From Vicugna vicugna (taxonomy: Eukaryota), in the NCBI GenBank assembly GCA_013265495.1, contig MU062841.1, forward strand, positions 14,813,200 through 14,877,199: DNA of 64,000 nt, written 5' to 3'. Position numbers and translations under genes: made by a program. Positions within the stretch are counted from its first letter, which is position 1. Every line of letters begins with the position of its first letter. Positions 12,490-24,989 of this stretch are shown here, piece by piece. Below the pieces are notes generated by a model. It did not search any database, was not told where the DNA came from, and worked only from the letters and a program-made list of their open reading frames with translations.

Positions 12490-12770
12490 CATAATGCGTT
12501 CTTTACTTGAGACCGTTTCTTATCTTGAGAATCTTTTGCTGGCGAGACTATCCTGGACTCTCCATATTGCCTCTGAATTCTTCTTGCGAACAAAATTGTT
12601 CTTTCTTGAGTTTCTTTTTCTCTTGCAATGCCTTATCGTGTGCTGCTACGGAAGCCAGTGAGCACTTTTCAGAATTCTTCCTGCAAGCTTCCTTAGCCAG
12701 ATTCACAGGCTCATTTGCTACGTTTTCAGTCTCAAAGATAACACGTAACCATTCCCCCACAACATAACAC
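12490..12770 (-). mobile_element. Second MaLR internal fragment in opposite orientation
   Basis: ORF 12548-12760 (ENVANEPVNLAKEACRKNSEKCSLASVAAHDKALQEKKKLKKEQF) parallels the decayed plus-strand internal frame at ~12080-12260 (SDELGCLAE...KKEPELDDLE). Confidence 0.6.
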
Positions 12771-12949
12771 AGGTTGCCCTTTCTCCACCTCCCAAGGGCA
12801 GTTTTCTCACTGCCTTTCCAGAATCCACATCCTCATCATCCTTCCAGCATCCAGCTGCCACTCAGCCCCAACTCTATTACCATTTTAAATTTTTATTACG
12901 GTAGCACCTCTACTCCTATGTACAAAGTTCCATTTCAATTAAGCTCTGA

Positions 12950-13260
12950 AAATTTTTTTTAAAAAACTACCTCAAAACTTAGTAGACTAAAATCAGCAAT
13001 CTGGACTGCTGAGTTGGGCTCTTCATCTCTGCAACAGATGGTTTCAGCTGACTCTCAAGCATTTGCAGCCAGCTGGTGCCTCCGCTGGGGATGGAGGAAC
13101 CGCCCTGGCCTCCCTCACGTGCCTTGCGCTCAGCTGGGATGACTGACGTGGCTGAAGATGGCCTGGGCTCCGTCTCTGCACAAGGATTCTTATCTGCAAG
13201 GCGGCTATCGTGCGCTCCTCAACAGGGAGTCTCAAGAAACATGAAAGGCTCCTCAAGGAC
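12950..13260 (-). mobile_element. MaLR LTR fragment
   Basis: CTACCTCAAAACTTAGTAGACTAAAA...CTCAGCTGGGATGACTG, an MLT1-type motif. Confidence 0.55.
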
Positions 13261-14754
13261 CAGGCTCAGCCCTTGCACAACATCCCTTTCTCTGCATTCT
13301 CTTTGCCCAAGCAAGTCCCAGGCCCAGCCCAGAGTCCGCGTGGGACAGAACTACAGAGGGGCACGAATTCGCACCTTTGCCTCTTAATACTCTACCCAGA
13401 GCCTAAAAGACTAGAGGTGGTCTGGGGCCCTCTAGACCGAAGGAGAGGCTCTGGCGCGGAAGTGCTGAGTCAGGGCTGACAGATGAGCCAGTGACCATGT
13501 GCAGTGTGCCCCCCTCGCTGGTGGAGAGGGTCCCCTGTGCACTCTGGCCTCGGCTCCCTCCTCTCCCCACTCACCCTCCCTGCTGGAAGGGTGATCCCAG
13601 GGCCCAGGCTCCTGCCCACTCGCCCCTCGCCGTCACCATGCCTGGGCTACCGTGATGGGAGCGGGCTCTGCCCCAAAGCCCCCTGCACAGCAGCTCGGGG
13701 CCGGAGACCCAGGCACTGGCAAAGAGCAGAAAGCGGAGGGTGGGCACGAGCACCCCCGGGGTGTCCCCCCACAGCGGGCTCTCTGGCTGCTGGAAGAGCC
13801 CCACCTGCCACAGAACCAGAGACTGTGAGGGCCCTGAGCCACTAAACAGATAGAGATGGAGGCCCAGAGAGGAGCCTCCAGGCAGTGGTCTGTGGCAGAC
13901 CCCTGCCTCAGGCCTGGGGGTCTGACCCCTATAGCTCATTCATTCTCTCTGGGGGTCCGTCAGCAGAGACTGACCCTGATGGGAAGGCTCGCCAGGACTT
14001 GCCTCCAGCACAGAGGAGAGGGTGCAGGGGAAATAGAGTGAGGAAACGGAGAGGAGGCTGTCCGTTCCCCAGGGACCCCCCCACAGCAGAGCCCTCTCCG
14101 CACCTGGGGCCTCCTTCAGCAGGACCGCCGTGAAGCAGGGCCAGGCCTTGGGGGCGTCTCTAGGTCCCGAGCTTGCCGTGTTCTTCCTGGTCGTCAAGGG
14201 GTTGCTGCCCTGACTCCAGCCCTCAGGCCCCACCCAGCATCCCAGCCTCTTGCCCCAGCTGCTGGCTCGGGCAGCCCTGACACGGCCTTGACCAGCCCCG
14301 CCCCCTGGGCCCCCACCCCTCCCGGCCCTCCAGGCCGCCCACTGCATCAGCCCCTAGAGAGCACAGCCGGTCGTTCCCTGAGCTCACCGGTCAGTCACCT
14401 TCCCTGCCCCTACTCTGTGCCGGGCCCGGGAGACGGCGATGACTCAGAGCCAGCCCTGCCCTCGGGTCCTTCCTAGACGTGGACAAATAGCCATTTTCCC
14501 TCTGACAAGCAGATTGATGCCTCCCTCTCAGGAGAGGCTCTTAGAGCCTGGGAAACGCTGCCCCCTCCGCATCCAGGGCAGCTCTGAGGACAAAGAGCCC
14601 CGTATCTGCGGTCCCTCTCCCCAGCCACCGCCTCCTGCCTGGGATTTTCCATCCCTCGTCGGGTGACAGGGAGAAGAGGACTGAGAAGGGCCAGGGAGGC
14701 TGGAGAGAGGTGGAGGCTCACGGGTATCCTCGTGCACACACTGACAGTCCCACA

Positions 14755-14925
14755 CAGCCCGTCAGACGGCACACACAAACCATGCGCGTGCACAGCTTGG
14801 AGACACAAACACCAGGCGTGAGCGCGCGCGCACACGCACACACCACACAGGATCACGTGCACACAAAAATAATACGGAGGCATGCACATCTGCCGCCACG
14901 GCACACAGACACTCGCACGCAGACT
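14755..14925. repeat. Degenerate (CA)n/CACG-rich low-complexity tract
   Basis: GCGCGCGCGCACACGCACACACCACACA and similar, read directly from the sequence. Confidence 0.7.
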
Positions 14926-17799
14926 AGCTCGGGTGAGGTCACCCAGGTCTCACGATCACAGAGGGCACGTGCGTCACACTGGCTCTGCCCTGGGGCTGGG
15001 TGGTGCTCCCTGCAGCCTGGGCTGTCACACAGCCCCTATTTCTGTGGGCTGCAGCCTATGACAAGAAGAGGGGAAATGGAGAAAGGTTGGCAGGTGCATT
15101 TTGAGGAAGTCCTCAGCCAGGCTGTGGGGCACCCACAGTGGTCCCGGAACAGGGTAGGATCCAAAAGAAGTGTGGGGATTGTGAGTCTGGGGGTACACAG
15201 CCAGCCACACTCCCCCCACTGCAGACCAGGAAGTGCCAACTCAGTGTTCAAACTAGGGAGCCACTACCCGGGGCCACGGGAACTTCAGCACCCCACCACT
15301 GGCCTCTGCTGAGAGGGGAGGCTCCAAAGCCCCCGGCCCCTGCCCTCCCCCACACCGGGCATCCCAGATGCAGACCTGCTGCTCCAGCAGATTTCAGGGC
15401 TGGGAGCAGAGGAATCGATGATGCTCGGAGCACTTACAGCCAGTGGGAGAAGCCGCCTTGGGCCTCCCTGACACCAGAAATAAATGATTCCACGAACAGA
15501 AAACCACTCAGACGCAGCCGGAATGACCCGCTGGAGAGGGCTTTGACCTTGAGGGATGGCCCTGCCGGCGGCATCCCGCTGCTGCGAGCAGCCCGGGGTC
15601 AGGCCACACAGCATCCAGGCCCCAGGACCCCCACAGCCCAAGCCGCAGCCACCGACAGCTCCACCAGGCAGCCTCCCAGCCCAGGCACATGTGGGACCGG
15701 AACCCGGAGGCCAGCCTTTTAGAGAGCAGATGTTTGGAAGGATCTGTCTGTGGACAAAAGTGAGGTTTAGTTTTCTTAAGCAGAAAACCTGGTTTCTTTA
15801 TCGTCTCACATGACTCCAAACCAGTAGGCAAGTGAGATCCCTGGCTCATGGGGGACCCCCACCACCTGCTAGCTCCCCCCAAGTGTCTCCAGGAGTCCCA
15901 GGAGGGGCCCCGCGCATACTTGTGAGTGAAGCTGGGCAGCTGCTGTACAACAGCTGCATATTTATTCCTCTTCCACTGGGGACGGTGTCCGCCTGACACT
16001 GCCATGTCAGCCGGGTTGTTCTGCGTCCCTCTGGTACCACTGCGGAGCCCAGTCTGTCCCCTAGCCAGGCAGAGTGGGCAAAACCTCCATTCTCCCTCGC
16101 CATGCTCAGTCAGAGGGGTCCAGAGCAGGGCTGCTTGGGCCCCACTGCCTTATGGAAGTCTAGGAAAATAACTTTAGCAATTCTGACCATCCCAGCCATC
16201 CTTTCTCCCACACCTTAGCATCCAGACATGAGCCCATGGGGACTGGTGATGGAGACAGAACAACTCTGCCCCCAATGCCTCCACTGGCCTGGCCACCTCT
16301 TCCCAAAGGTAAGGACTCTTCCCAAATGACCATCAGTCTACGTGAAAGAGGATGCCGCCTCACCAGTCACCAGAATTATCTAGTCTCATTGGAATTCTGG
16401 AGATGGACATTGGTTTGGCTCCAGCAAGGAGCCCCTTTACACACAGACACATGTTGAGCCTACAGAAGTAATGACAGCACCTTAACAAAGTCGAAACCAA
16501 GGGCCTGGCTTGGCACTGCTCACCACCAGCTCCACCTGAAACTGCCCGAGGGACCAACCGAACATTGTCTCCCGGGGCGGAGCCAGGCGCTCTGCGCAGG
16601 GCTGGGACCTGACCGCCGCCTCCCTCCCCGCGCTGTGGGCAAAGACGGAGGATCTAGACTCCCACATCCCTTGCCCCACTTGCTTCTGTTCCATAAAAAA
16701 TAAGGACGGTTGATGCAGAAGGAGGGAGAAATCACTGAGCCACTGGGCACCAGTTCCTTTCTTGTCTGGGAAAGCCACTCCAGGCTCCTGGTTGTGATTT
16801 GCCTTACGTGTACACTGACCACAGGAGAAGCCCTGATACCTCTCTCTGTGTGGTGTTCTCTCTCTCTCTCTGTGTTTGTATGTGAGTGAGATTATTAGAA
16901 TTTAAAATATTTAAAATCCAACTGCAGTTGGAGAAGTGGTCCTAGGAGAACAACGGAATTCCTCAGAGGGAGAGAGCTGCTCTTTTGTTTGGGGAAACAC
17001 CTTAATGGATCCTTTAATTATGCAAGAGAGGCCCTAGGGCCGCTCTGGATGGGAGGATGAGACAGAGAGGAAGCTAAACTGCTCCGAGTAAAGACTCACA
17101 GGAATTTTCAAACCATCCCAGGGGGTCCTGAGCAAGAGGAGAAAAGTTAGGGGCCTAAGGAAAAGGGCAGCCATAAGGAGCTCCCTGTGCCAAGAGCCCT
17201 CGGGCCCTGACACCCAGGGGACAGCCCTGCCCTCCCCCCCTCTACCTAGACACGCAGGAAGAGGGCTGCCTGGAGGGCTGAGGAGTCTGGATTACAGATT
17301 TCAACTGTGTCACTCCCGGGGTCGCAGTTTTATCATAAAGCAATACATTGGCATTCTGCCTTTCTGGGAGTTGGGGAAGGGTGGAAGCAGCACGGGGAAC
17401 AGGAGATGGAGGTGAGGCAACTGGCCACCAAAGAGAGATTCGGGGTAGAACAGAGATGACCCAGGGGTATTTGACTTCTGTTTTGTGGTTGGCAAGCCGC
17501 CCCCCACCCCCCATCCCCTGCCTCATCAAATCATCGGCAGCATCTGCATCCCTCGCTAGTGATTTGCGGGCCCTACTTGACTTTGCAGGGAAGGCCCATG
17601 CCGAACCCTGCCCCAGCGTAGGCCCAGGCAATGGTGGACACTCGGTCATACCTGGGCGCCACCTAAACTGAACGTGCTCCATTCAAAGGGCTGTCCTTTA
17701 TTCTCAGGTTCTGTCCTTCCTCTCTTTTATGATATGATGGAATTTTTTTTTTACATCCTTACTTGACAAAATAAACATTTCAACCTAGCATTATCTCCC

Positions 17800-17910
17800 T
17801 TTTTATTTATTTATTTTTAATTAAAGTATAGTTAATTGACAATATTATATTAGCTTCAGGTGAACAACATAGTGATTCAGTATTTTTATAGGTTACATGC
17901 CATTTAAAGT
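17800..17910 (-). mobile_element. Young L1 extreme 3' end
   Basis: TTTATTTATTTATTTTTAATTAAAGTATAGTT...TCAGGTGAACAACATAGTGATTCAGT. Confidence 0.8.
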
Positions 17911-17925
17911 TGACCTCCCTTTTTT

Positions 17926-18170
17926 GGAAGGGGAGGAATAAGTTAGGAGTTTGGGATTAACAGATACACATTACTATGCACAAAACAGATAAACAACAAG
18001 GACCTACTGTGTAGCACAGGAAACTATTCAATTTCTTGTAATAAGCTATAACTGAAAAGAATTGGAAAAATACGTACATGTGTATGTACACGGATAACTG
18101 AATCACTTTGCTGTACACCTGAAACTAATGCTGCAAGTCAACTACACTTCAATAAAAAATAAAATTAAAC
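17926..18170 (+). mobile_element. Young L1 3' end with 15-bp TSD
   Basis: Runs from the G-rich tract to CTACACTTCAATAAAAAATAAAATT. TSD AGTTGACCTCCCTTT at 17908-17922 and 18171-18185. Confidence 0.9.
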
Positions 18171-19499
18171 AGTTGACCTCCCTTTCTGAAAAAACCTTTC
18201 TTACTGGTCCTTGAAATCCCAGAGTCTGACATAAAGCTGTGCTAATGGTCCTGTCCCCACGTGAATCTTACCGAGGTCAGCAGTGCGGGGACCCTTGTGA
18301 TGGGAGCGGCTCCCCCTTTCACAAAGCCCTCTGTGCTTCCGCGGCCCCATGCACGGCGGTCGGGCTCACTGTGACAGCAGGAAGGCGGCGCAGTCTTTCA
18401 GTCAATGAAACCAGCCTTTACAAGCAGCAAATGAAAGTTTCATGGGCACTTCATGTCCTTGGAGAACTTCCTCGTTTTTTTCCTGAATAAGCATCAGCTT
18501 AGAGGTGCGTGTATTTTAGTCTGCTGTTCGGGTCACAAGATCAGAATTTTTCATCTCCTCAATCACGCTTAAATATCATTTAGTCTTTATTATACTTTTC
18601 ATGGCACCTTGCAGTCTTTTTCCTTGTCCTGAAGAGCAGCGGCCCGTTCTCACCCCCCGGCCTGCATGATGTGCACACTCCCCAGGCCCTGTGCCCGTGC
18701 CTCCTCCCAGGTCTCCTTGGTCTCCAGCGGCACCCAGGTGAAGCCCCTCGTCCACGCTCTGCCCTGGGTCCTCTTCCTTCCACACAGTGTTCATCAGGGT
18801 GTCATCTGGACCAGCATTCAACTTGTCCAGCCCCAGGAGGCTGTGAGTCAGTCGGGGCGGAGCTCGAGGGGCCCTGAAGTCACCCAGAGACCCCCGGGGG
18901 CCTGTCTCCCTCCCCCACGTCGGATGGAGGCTCCGTGGGCGACCACTTAGGGCAGGGCTCCTGGTGGCAGCTCCCTCCTAGGGTTCCCGTCACATTGTTC
19001 GGGAAGGCTTCCCCGGCCAAGATGTGCAGCCACAGCTGTTCCCTTCGCTCCTCTCCTGCCAGCAAGGGCATTTCTGCAGCACTGCCCTGGGCCTTCACGG
19101 CGCTCAGGGATTTAGGCCCCTATGCCCCAGGGTCACTGGGAGGGAGCATGTGGCCAGGCCACTGTGTGTCTGCAGGCAGAGAGCGAGCATGGAGTCGGGT
19201 GGGAGCCCTGTTCCATGCTCTCGCCACACGGGATGTGTCTTGCACATTCTTCGCCCTGGTTTAGGGCTACTTGCTTATCTAAGCACGTGTGGGTGGGATA
19301 ATTCAGGAAGCAGAGCATCCATGGAGTGAGACGGATTGTGGAAGGATGTTCACCTCCCTGCAAGAACACGGGCCCCGCCTCCCTCAGATGCGCTGCGGGG
19401 GTTGAAGCCTCACAGGCGGAGGAAGGCCGAGGGCTGTGGCCTTTCCCACTGAGCCCAGAGCCCCTCGCCCACACTGTGGGGGAACATGCAGTGTCTGTG

Positions 19500-19665
19500 A
19501 GTCTTTGTGTGGGGACAGAGGTGCAGGTGCCCAGTCATGTGGGCTTGGGGAGCACATAGTGTTCATTGCACTGTGTGTGGCGGGGGGTGTATATGGGTCT
19601 GCTAACGTCCAGGTGTTCGTATGAACATGACTGGGTGCGAGTGTGTGTGCACGTATGTGAACAAC
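19500..19665. repeat. Degenerate (GT)n-rich tract
   Basis: GTGTGTGGCGGGGGGTGTATATGG...GAGTGTGTGTGCACGTATGTG. Confidence 0.55.
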
Positions 19666-19729
19666 TCTTATACAGGACAAGGGAGTGAGGGGTGCCTGAC
19701 TGTGAAAGATGAGGGATAAGGGAGAAAAT

Positions 19730-20084
19730 GGTTATGGACCAAAAGCTTGTACCCCCGCCCAGATTCACATGTTGAAATCCTACCCCCCAAGGAGAGGCTG
19801 TTAGGAGATGGGGCTGTGAGGAGTGATTGGGTCACGAGAGCAGACCCCTCCTGAACGGGATTCGTGCCCTTAAACAAGAGACCCCACTGAGCACTCTCTC
19901 CCTTTCCACGCGTGAGGACACAGCAAGACGAAGCTCGTCTGTGGACCAAGAAGAGGGTTCTCAACACACACCAGCTCTGCCAGCACCTTGATCACGGACT
20001 TCCCAGCCTCCAGAACCGTGAGAGATACATGTTTGCTGGTTGAGTCTGTGGCATTTTGTTACAGCAGCCCAAGCTGACTAAGAC
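19730..20084 (+). mobile_element. MaLR solo LTR (MLT1A-like)
   Basis: GTTATGGACC...GATTCACATGTTGAAATCCTA...GGACTTCCCAGCCTCCAGAACCGTGAGA...TTTTGTTACAGCAGCCCAAGCTGACTAAGAC. Confidence 0.9.
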
Positions 20085-20559
20085 GAGAACTAAAGCAGTA
20101 AAATTGTTTCTCCCTTCTCCTCTCTGTATTCCTTCTCTGACTTTCAGCACAGGGTGAGGGTGACTCAGAAAAACTCTGAAAAATCTCAGAGTTGGAAGGA
20201 GTCGTCTAATACATGAAGCCCTGCAGCAGAGTCCCCGACGAGTAGCTGTCTTCTGTTTAAACCCTCCTGGTGGGGTCTAGGGTGTTCACTGCCACTCCAG
20301 GGGGGTACGTCTCTTTATCCAGTGGCTCTGATCACTGGAAATACCTTCCTTATGGTACCTAAAACCAGTTTCCCTGCAAATTCCACTCACTGATACAGCT
20401 GCTCTCTGATGAGTTTCACAAACCAAGTTTCCTTTCTCTGTGCCAGCTTTGTCGTGGTCTCTTGTAATATGACCCGCAGGACCAAACATGATTCTCCAGA
20501 CTCAGTCAGACCAGAGCGTGTAGGACAGCTGAGAACATTTGCTGTGTCCAAGACAAGGT

Positions 20560-20715
20560 GGGGATAGGAACTGATACCTAGAAACTTTTGAGAACTCCTA
20601 TATAGTCCCTCCTTATAAGGAAGTCCCGAAGGCCCCATCACCAGATACCATCCCATGGGGGACCAGGATCTCAGTGTATGAGCTTCGAAGGGGTACAAAC
20701 ATTGAATCCATAACA
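20560..20715 (-). mobile_element. MaLR LTR 5' part (MLT1A/MST-like)
   Basis: Minus strand begins TGTTATGGATTCAATGTTTGTACCCC. Confidence 0.7.
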
Positions 20716-20739
20716 GAAGGGAAAGAAAGGACGGGGGAT

Positions 20740-21490
20740 TTAAGAGAAACTTAAGAGGTGGGATCCATTGGATTCAGGGATGGAGTAGAATTGAGACATG
20801 GGGATAAGGGAAGAGGAAGATTCTGGAATAACTCTTGGGTTTCTGGTACTGGTGACTTTATGGCCCACATACCTGGAGACACAAAATACTGCAGAAGACA
20901 CAGGTTTAGAGCAGAGCAGAGGGAAGAGATGGAGGTGAGAAGAAAAAGGCAGTGATGCGTTCAGTTTGAGACTTGTTGAATTGGAGGTGCCTTGAGACAT
21001 CCAAAGAAACGTCCAGTCCTTATGGGCCCTCAGGTCTGGAGGTCAGGAGACAGGCCATGGCTACAGACACAGGGTCAGAGGAAGGGATGCTGAGCTGAGA
21101 ACCCAAGAATGACTTGGAGAGCCAGGCAACGAGGAAGGGGAGAGAGTGTTTCCGGTAGAAGGCACTGTGTACACGAAGACCACGGCCTGAGAGGAGCTGG
21201 CCTCTGCTCTGACCGTCCGGCCTTCATGTTGAAGAGAATGAAGGAAATGGGGATCCCTGGAAAACAGAGCACGTCCGCCTCTGCCCGAATCAGCTGTGAG
21301 CCCCCGGGAGGGCTGGCCGAGAGCGAGCACGGCCAGCGTACACGAGACCACCCATGGCAACTAACAAAAGCCAGGTGTGTTTTCTTGTCACCCATGAGCA
21401 TCAAAGCAGCAGACACCAGCAAAGAGCAGCTCAAGCTGCTCCAAGAATGAATCTCCTTTGAAACATCACAAATGAAAGACAAAAGCCTCT
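20740..21490 (-). mobile_element. L2 fragment
   Basis: GTTCAGTTTGAGACTTGTTGAATTGGAGGTGCCTTGAGACATCCAA...GGTCTGGAGGTCAGGAGACAGG. Confidence 0.75.
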
Positions 21491-23947
21491 TAACCTAGTG
21501 ACGGCTCCTGATGGAATAAAGCGCTTTCTCTGAAGCTATCCCCAAATTAGCAAAACCATAATTAGGATTACGAAATGAATAGATCAGAATTCCAGAGAGA
21601 AAATATTTACTCAGGCAAAACCTCCTCGATTCAATAGCTCTTTCAATTAATTTTTTCTAAAGTTTTGGATTTCCACAGACTAATCTGCTGGTATTTAGAA
21701 GGGTTTGTAAGCCACTTGCCAAGTAGTTAAAAAGTGTGAAATGTCTTTGCCAGGAAGCTCCTTGGGGACCTTTGGGGGAACATACAGAGAGGAGTAAGGT
21801 ATTCGAAACGCCTCCCTTCCGCCAGCAGGACGCTGCCTTCTCCAGTGCTGGGTCGCCTCCCGCTGGGACATGCCTTTCAAACTGTCAGGTTCTCCAGCAC
21901 CTTGGCCAAGCCCTGATGCAGTGGTTGCCCCCGCAGGAGGGATGGAGCGTGCGTGGGAGCCTTCTTCACTGTAGAACCAAAGGCTCTATTTGGAGGAAGC
22001 TGATGGATGATTAGAGCTGGCAGGGCTCACACATGGAGCCAGACTCGTTTGCCCTTTGAATGCGATGCTGAATGCAGCCTGGGCCACTTGGAGCACTGAG
22101 ACTTATTTGGGTTACCCCAGGATTTTGCCTAGTGGGACCTCTGGGAGAATGCTTGATGTGGAAGGCAAGGAAGGTCTTCCCCAGAGCCCTAGCCCACCTG
22201 CCGCCTCTCTGTTCCTCAGCCTACTCATGTTCGCCAGCTGCACAGGTTCCTTCCTCCCTCTCCAAACTCACCTTTTGCCCTGGCTGTGCCCTACTTTAAA
22301 TGTTCTCTTCCTTGAAGAAGAGAAAGGTCAGTCTGGAGAACAAAGTGTTCTGCGTAGTTCTGAGCCCAGGCCTGGTGCTCGTCCAGTGGGAGCCTCTGAT
22401 CCACCCCTCACCAACCTTGAAGCAAGACACAGACATTCCAATTTTGTTCCTCCGAAGAAAAGCGACTGCACGATGCATTAGAATAAGAGACTGACTTTCT
22501 TCTGAGGTTTCAGTAGGGAAGACACAGTAGAGGGTCACGTGACAGAGCACACGGCAAATTCCAATCAGACCTCCCACTCTCGCTGCTAAGTTTCTCGTGG
22601 GCCACGCATGTCCCCCTCCCGCTTGACCGTCTCCGCACAGTTCAGCCTCTACTCCTGCCACCCACCCCCGTGTATTTCTCTCTCTTTCTACAGAGAAGTT
22701 TAACTCTTCCCTGCCTTGCTTCCAGTTTTAGAGTCTCCCTCCATGACCCCCCTCAACAGTTTTTGAGCTCTGTCTTCTTTAGAAGGCAGTGGGGAGCTGA
22801 GAATCACAAACGATATTTTTCTGCGTGACATCGTTTGCCCTTGTTAACGAGCACCAGAACTCCGTGGGGAGCGCAGTTTGGGGCCTGGCTGAGGATGAGG
22901 GGACAGCTTTAGTGGCCACTCTGACCACAGGACCTTCGCGAGGCCACCTGGCCTTCCTGTCCAGGCTGCCCTGAGGTCCTTCTGAAGACCTCGCCAGGGC
23001 TGTTCCACCCAGAAGTGGTCTCAGGCCCCGGATGCGCAAAGACCTCAGCAGACCATGGGAAAAGAGACGCAGACTAAAGTGAAAAAGTGGAACAAGGGCT
23101 CTTCACAGGAAGAGATGCCCGGGCTGCAGTTGCCTGAGGGCAGGTTCTGGGAACCATAAAATCTGAAGTCACAGGACATTCCAGTTGGGTGGTTGCTGGA
23201 TTCACTCAGGCCTTGGGGAAAGGAGGCAGCCACATCCTTCCTCTCGTCTTCAGTCCTTGCCCACCCATTTCCACCTGGGAAAGCTGGGGTTGCCCTGCCG
23301 GTCCAAGTCAGGTAACCCAATGTAGCTTTTTCCACAGGGGTGGGCCTGAAAGCTGCTGGCAGGAGAGCCCTGCCAAGTCTTTAGTATCTGTTTATCCCCA
23401 CACGTTGCCCTGGGGAAAAATAGTATCACTCCGACTCCATAGAGGAGGAGAGAAAAACACATCTAATGGACTGTGGCAGCCCCAGAGAGGTGTCTCATTT
23501 CAGAGCTCGTAGGAAGGGCTCACCTTCATGGCACTCGAGTCTAAAGCTGTGACTTGGAGTCACTGGGGGCTGGGATGAGGCCACGTGGGAGCAGTGGTTT
23601 GGAGTCCTGGCTGGTGGGGAGTGTATGAAGTTCTAATGTACCAGCAGGGGGCAGCGATGAGCAAGAACCTGGAGTAGTTTGTAGGCTGACTTCTGCTTGC
23701 TGGAGACTGGAAACACCGAGGAGGGAAGCCCTCGGAAGGATTGGACGCTGCCGTTCAGATTGGGGGGGGGGGTGGATTCAGAGTCTTCATACACTGAGAT
23801 ATTTTTGTCTGGGTGCATTTTACCAAGTTGGATACTGTCAGATATTTACAGATATTTACGCTGATAAAAGATATGCATCTGACAGATTGTGCTTTCCAAA
23901 GACGGCGGCAGCAATACCACTCAACCCACATGTCCTTCTGTGACGCA

Positions 23948-24074
23948 GGGAGGGGACAGCTCAGCGGTAGAGCGCGTGCTCAGAGAGCACAAGGTCCTGG
24001 GTTCAATCCCCAGCACCTCCTCTGAAAATAAATAAATAAAACTAATTACCCACCCCCACAAAAATTTTAAAAAA
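23948..24074 (+). mobile_element. tRNA-derived SINE (camelid-type)
   Basis: GGGAGGGGACAGCTCAGCGGTAGAG...GGTTCAATCCCCAGCACCTCC followed by the AATAAATAAAACTAATTACCCACCCCC tail. Confidence 0.88.
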
Positions 24075-24441
24075 GAGAGATTCTTCTCCTGTGATGTAAA
24101 CCTGCCGCAGCCCTGTCAAGCAGTGGGGTTTCTTCCCTTCTTGTGTCTGGGTCATCCAACGCCTGCTTCAACCAATAAAATTCAGCGGAGGTGCTACTGT
24201 GCCAGTTCTGGGCAGAGCTGTGGACTGGCCTCGTAGCTTCTGCTTCCTAACTCTGGGAGTGCTCTCACTTGGGATTATAACTTTCAGAACCCAGCTACTG
24301 TCCTGACTATGTTTTATTTTCTGTATTCTTAATGCTCTGGTGTTTGAGGCCCTGATCCTGGAGAGAAAGCCCCTCTCAGGGGTAGCTCATTCCCAGACCG
24401 TCCGTTACGAGCGCTCCTTCGATGTACAAACCAACAGATCT

Positions 24442-24581
24442 ATGTATTTATTTATTTAGGGTTTTTTGGGGGGGTAATTAGGTTATTCATGTATTTGTTT
24501 TAGAGGAGGTGCTGGGGATTGAACCTAGGACCTCGTGCGTGCTAAGCATGGGCTCTGCCACTTGAGCTATGCGCCCCCCCC
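24442..24581 (-). mobile_element. tRNA-derived SINE (camelid-type)
   Basis: Reverse-complement copy of the same family. Degenerate TSD AAACCAACAGATC / AAACTAACAAATC. Confidence 0.88.
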
Positions 24582-24989
24582 ACTAAACTAACAAATCCAG
24601 AACCTACGTTTCCAACGTCTCCGTTATCAACTTCTTACACACTAAACCAATAGTCTCCCTGCCCTAAACCACTCCAGGGCCAAGGACCAGACAACTGAGC
24701 ACCACCCTGTAGCCAGAGCCTACGGAGATTATTCAAAATATCCAATCCGAAACTCAGTCACTGTGCCTACCCTGCCTCACCCATCCTTCCCACGAAAACC
24801 CCAGTGAAGGCTCTGGGCCATGCCCTCCTCGCCCTGATTTCTGCCCCCTGCCCGACCCCGGTGCTTCCTTGTGTGGCCCTGTGCAGCGCACACTGCCTCC
24901 CGTTTCTAGGGGTCTGTGAGTGTGAACATCTTCCACCGTGACAACCCTTTCCACATCTGCATGTCTCACCATATCTAATTTAAATAAGT

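Noticed and set aside
14473-15722. ORFs of 143-200 aa in the CA-rich/GC-rich region
   Set aside because: Low-complexity HT/VC translations of dinucleotide tracts, with no homology or exon structure recognised.
18576-18950. Possible processed-pseudogene or kinase-like fragment on the minus strand
   Set aside because: I translated all minus frames of the core stretch (~18540-18660). No consistent match to a known protein, and no poly(A)/TSD.
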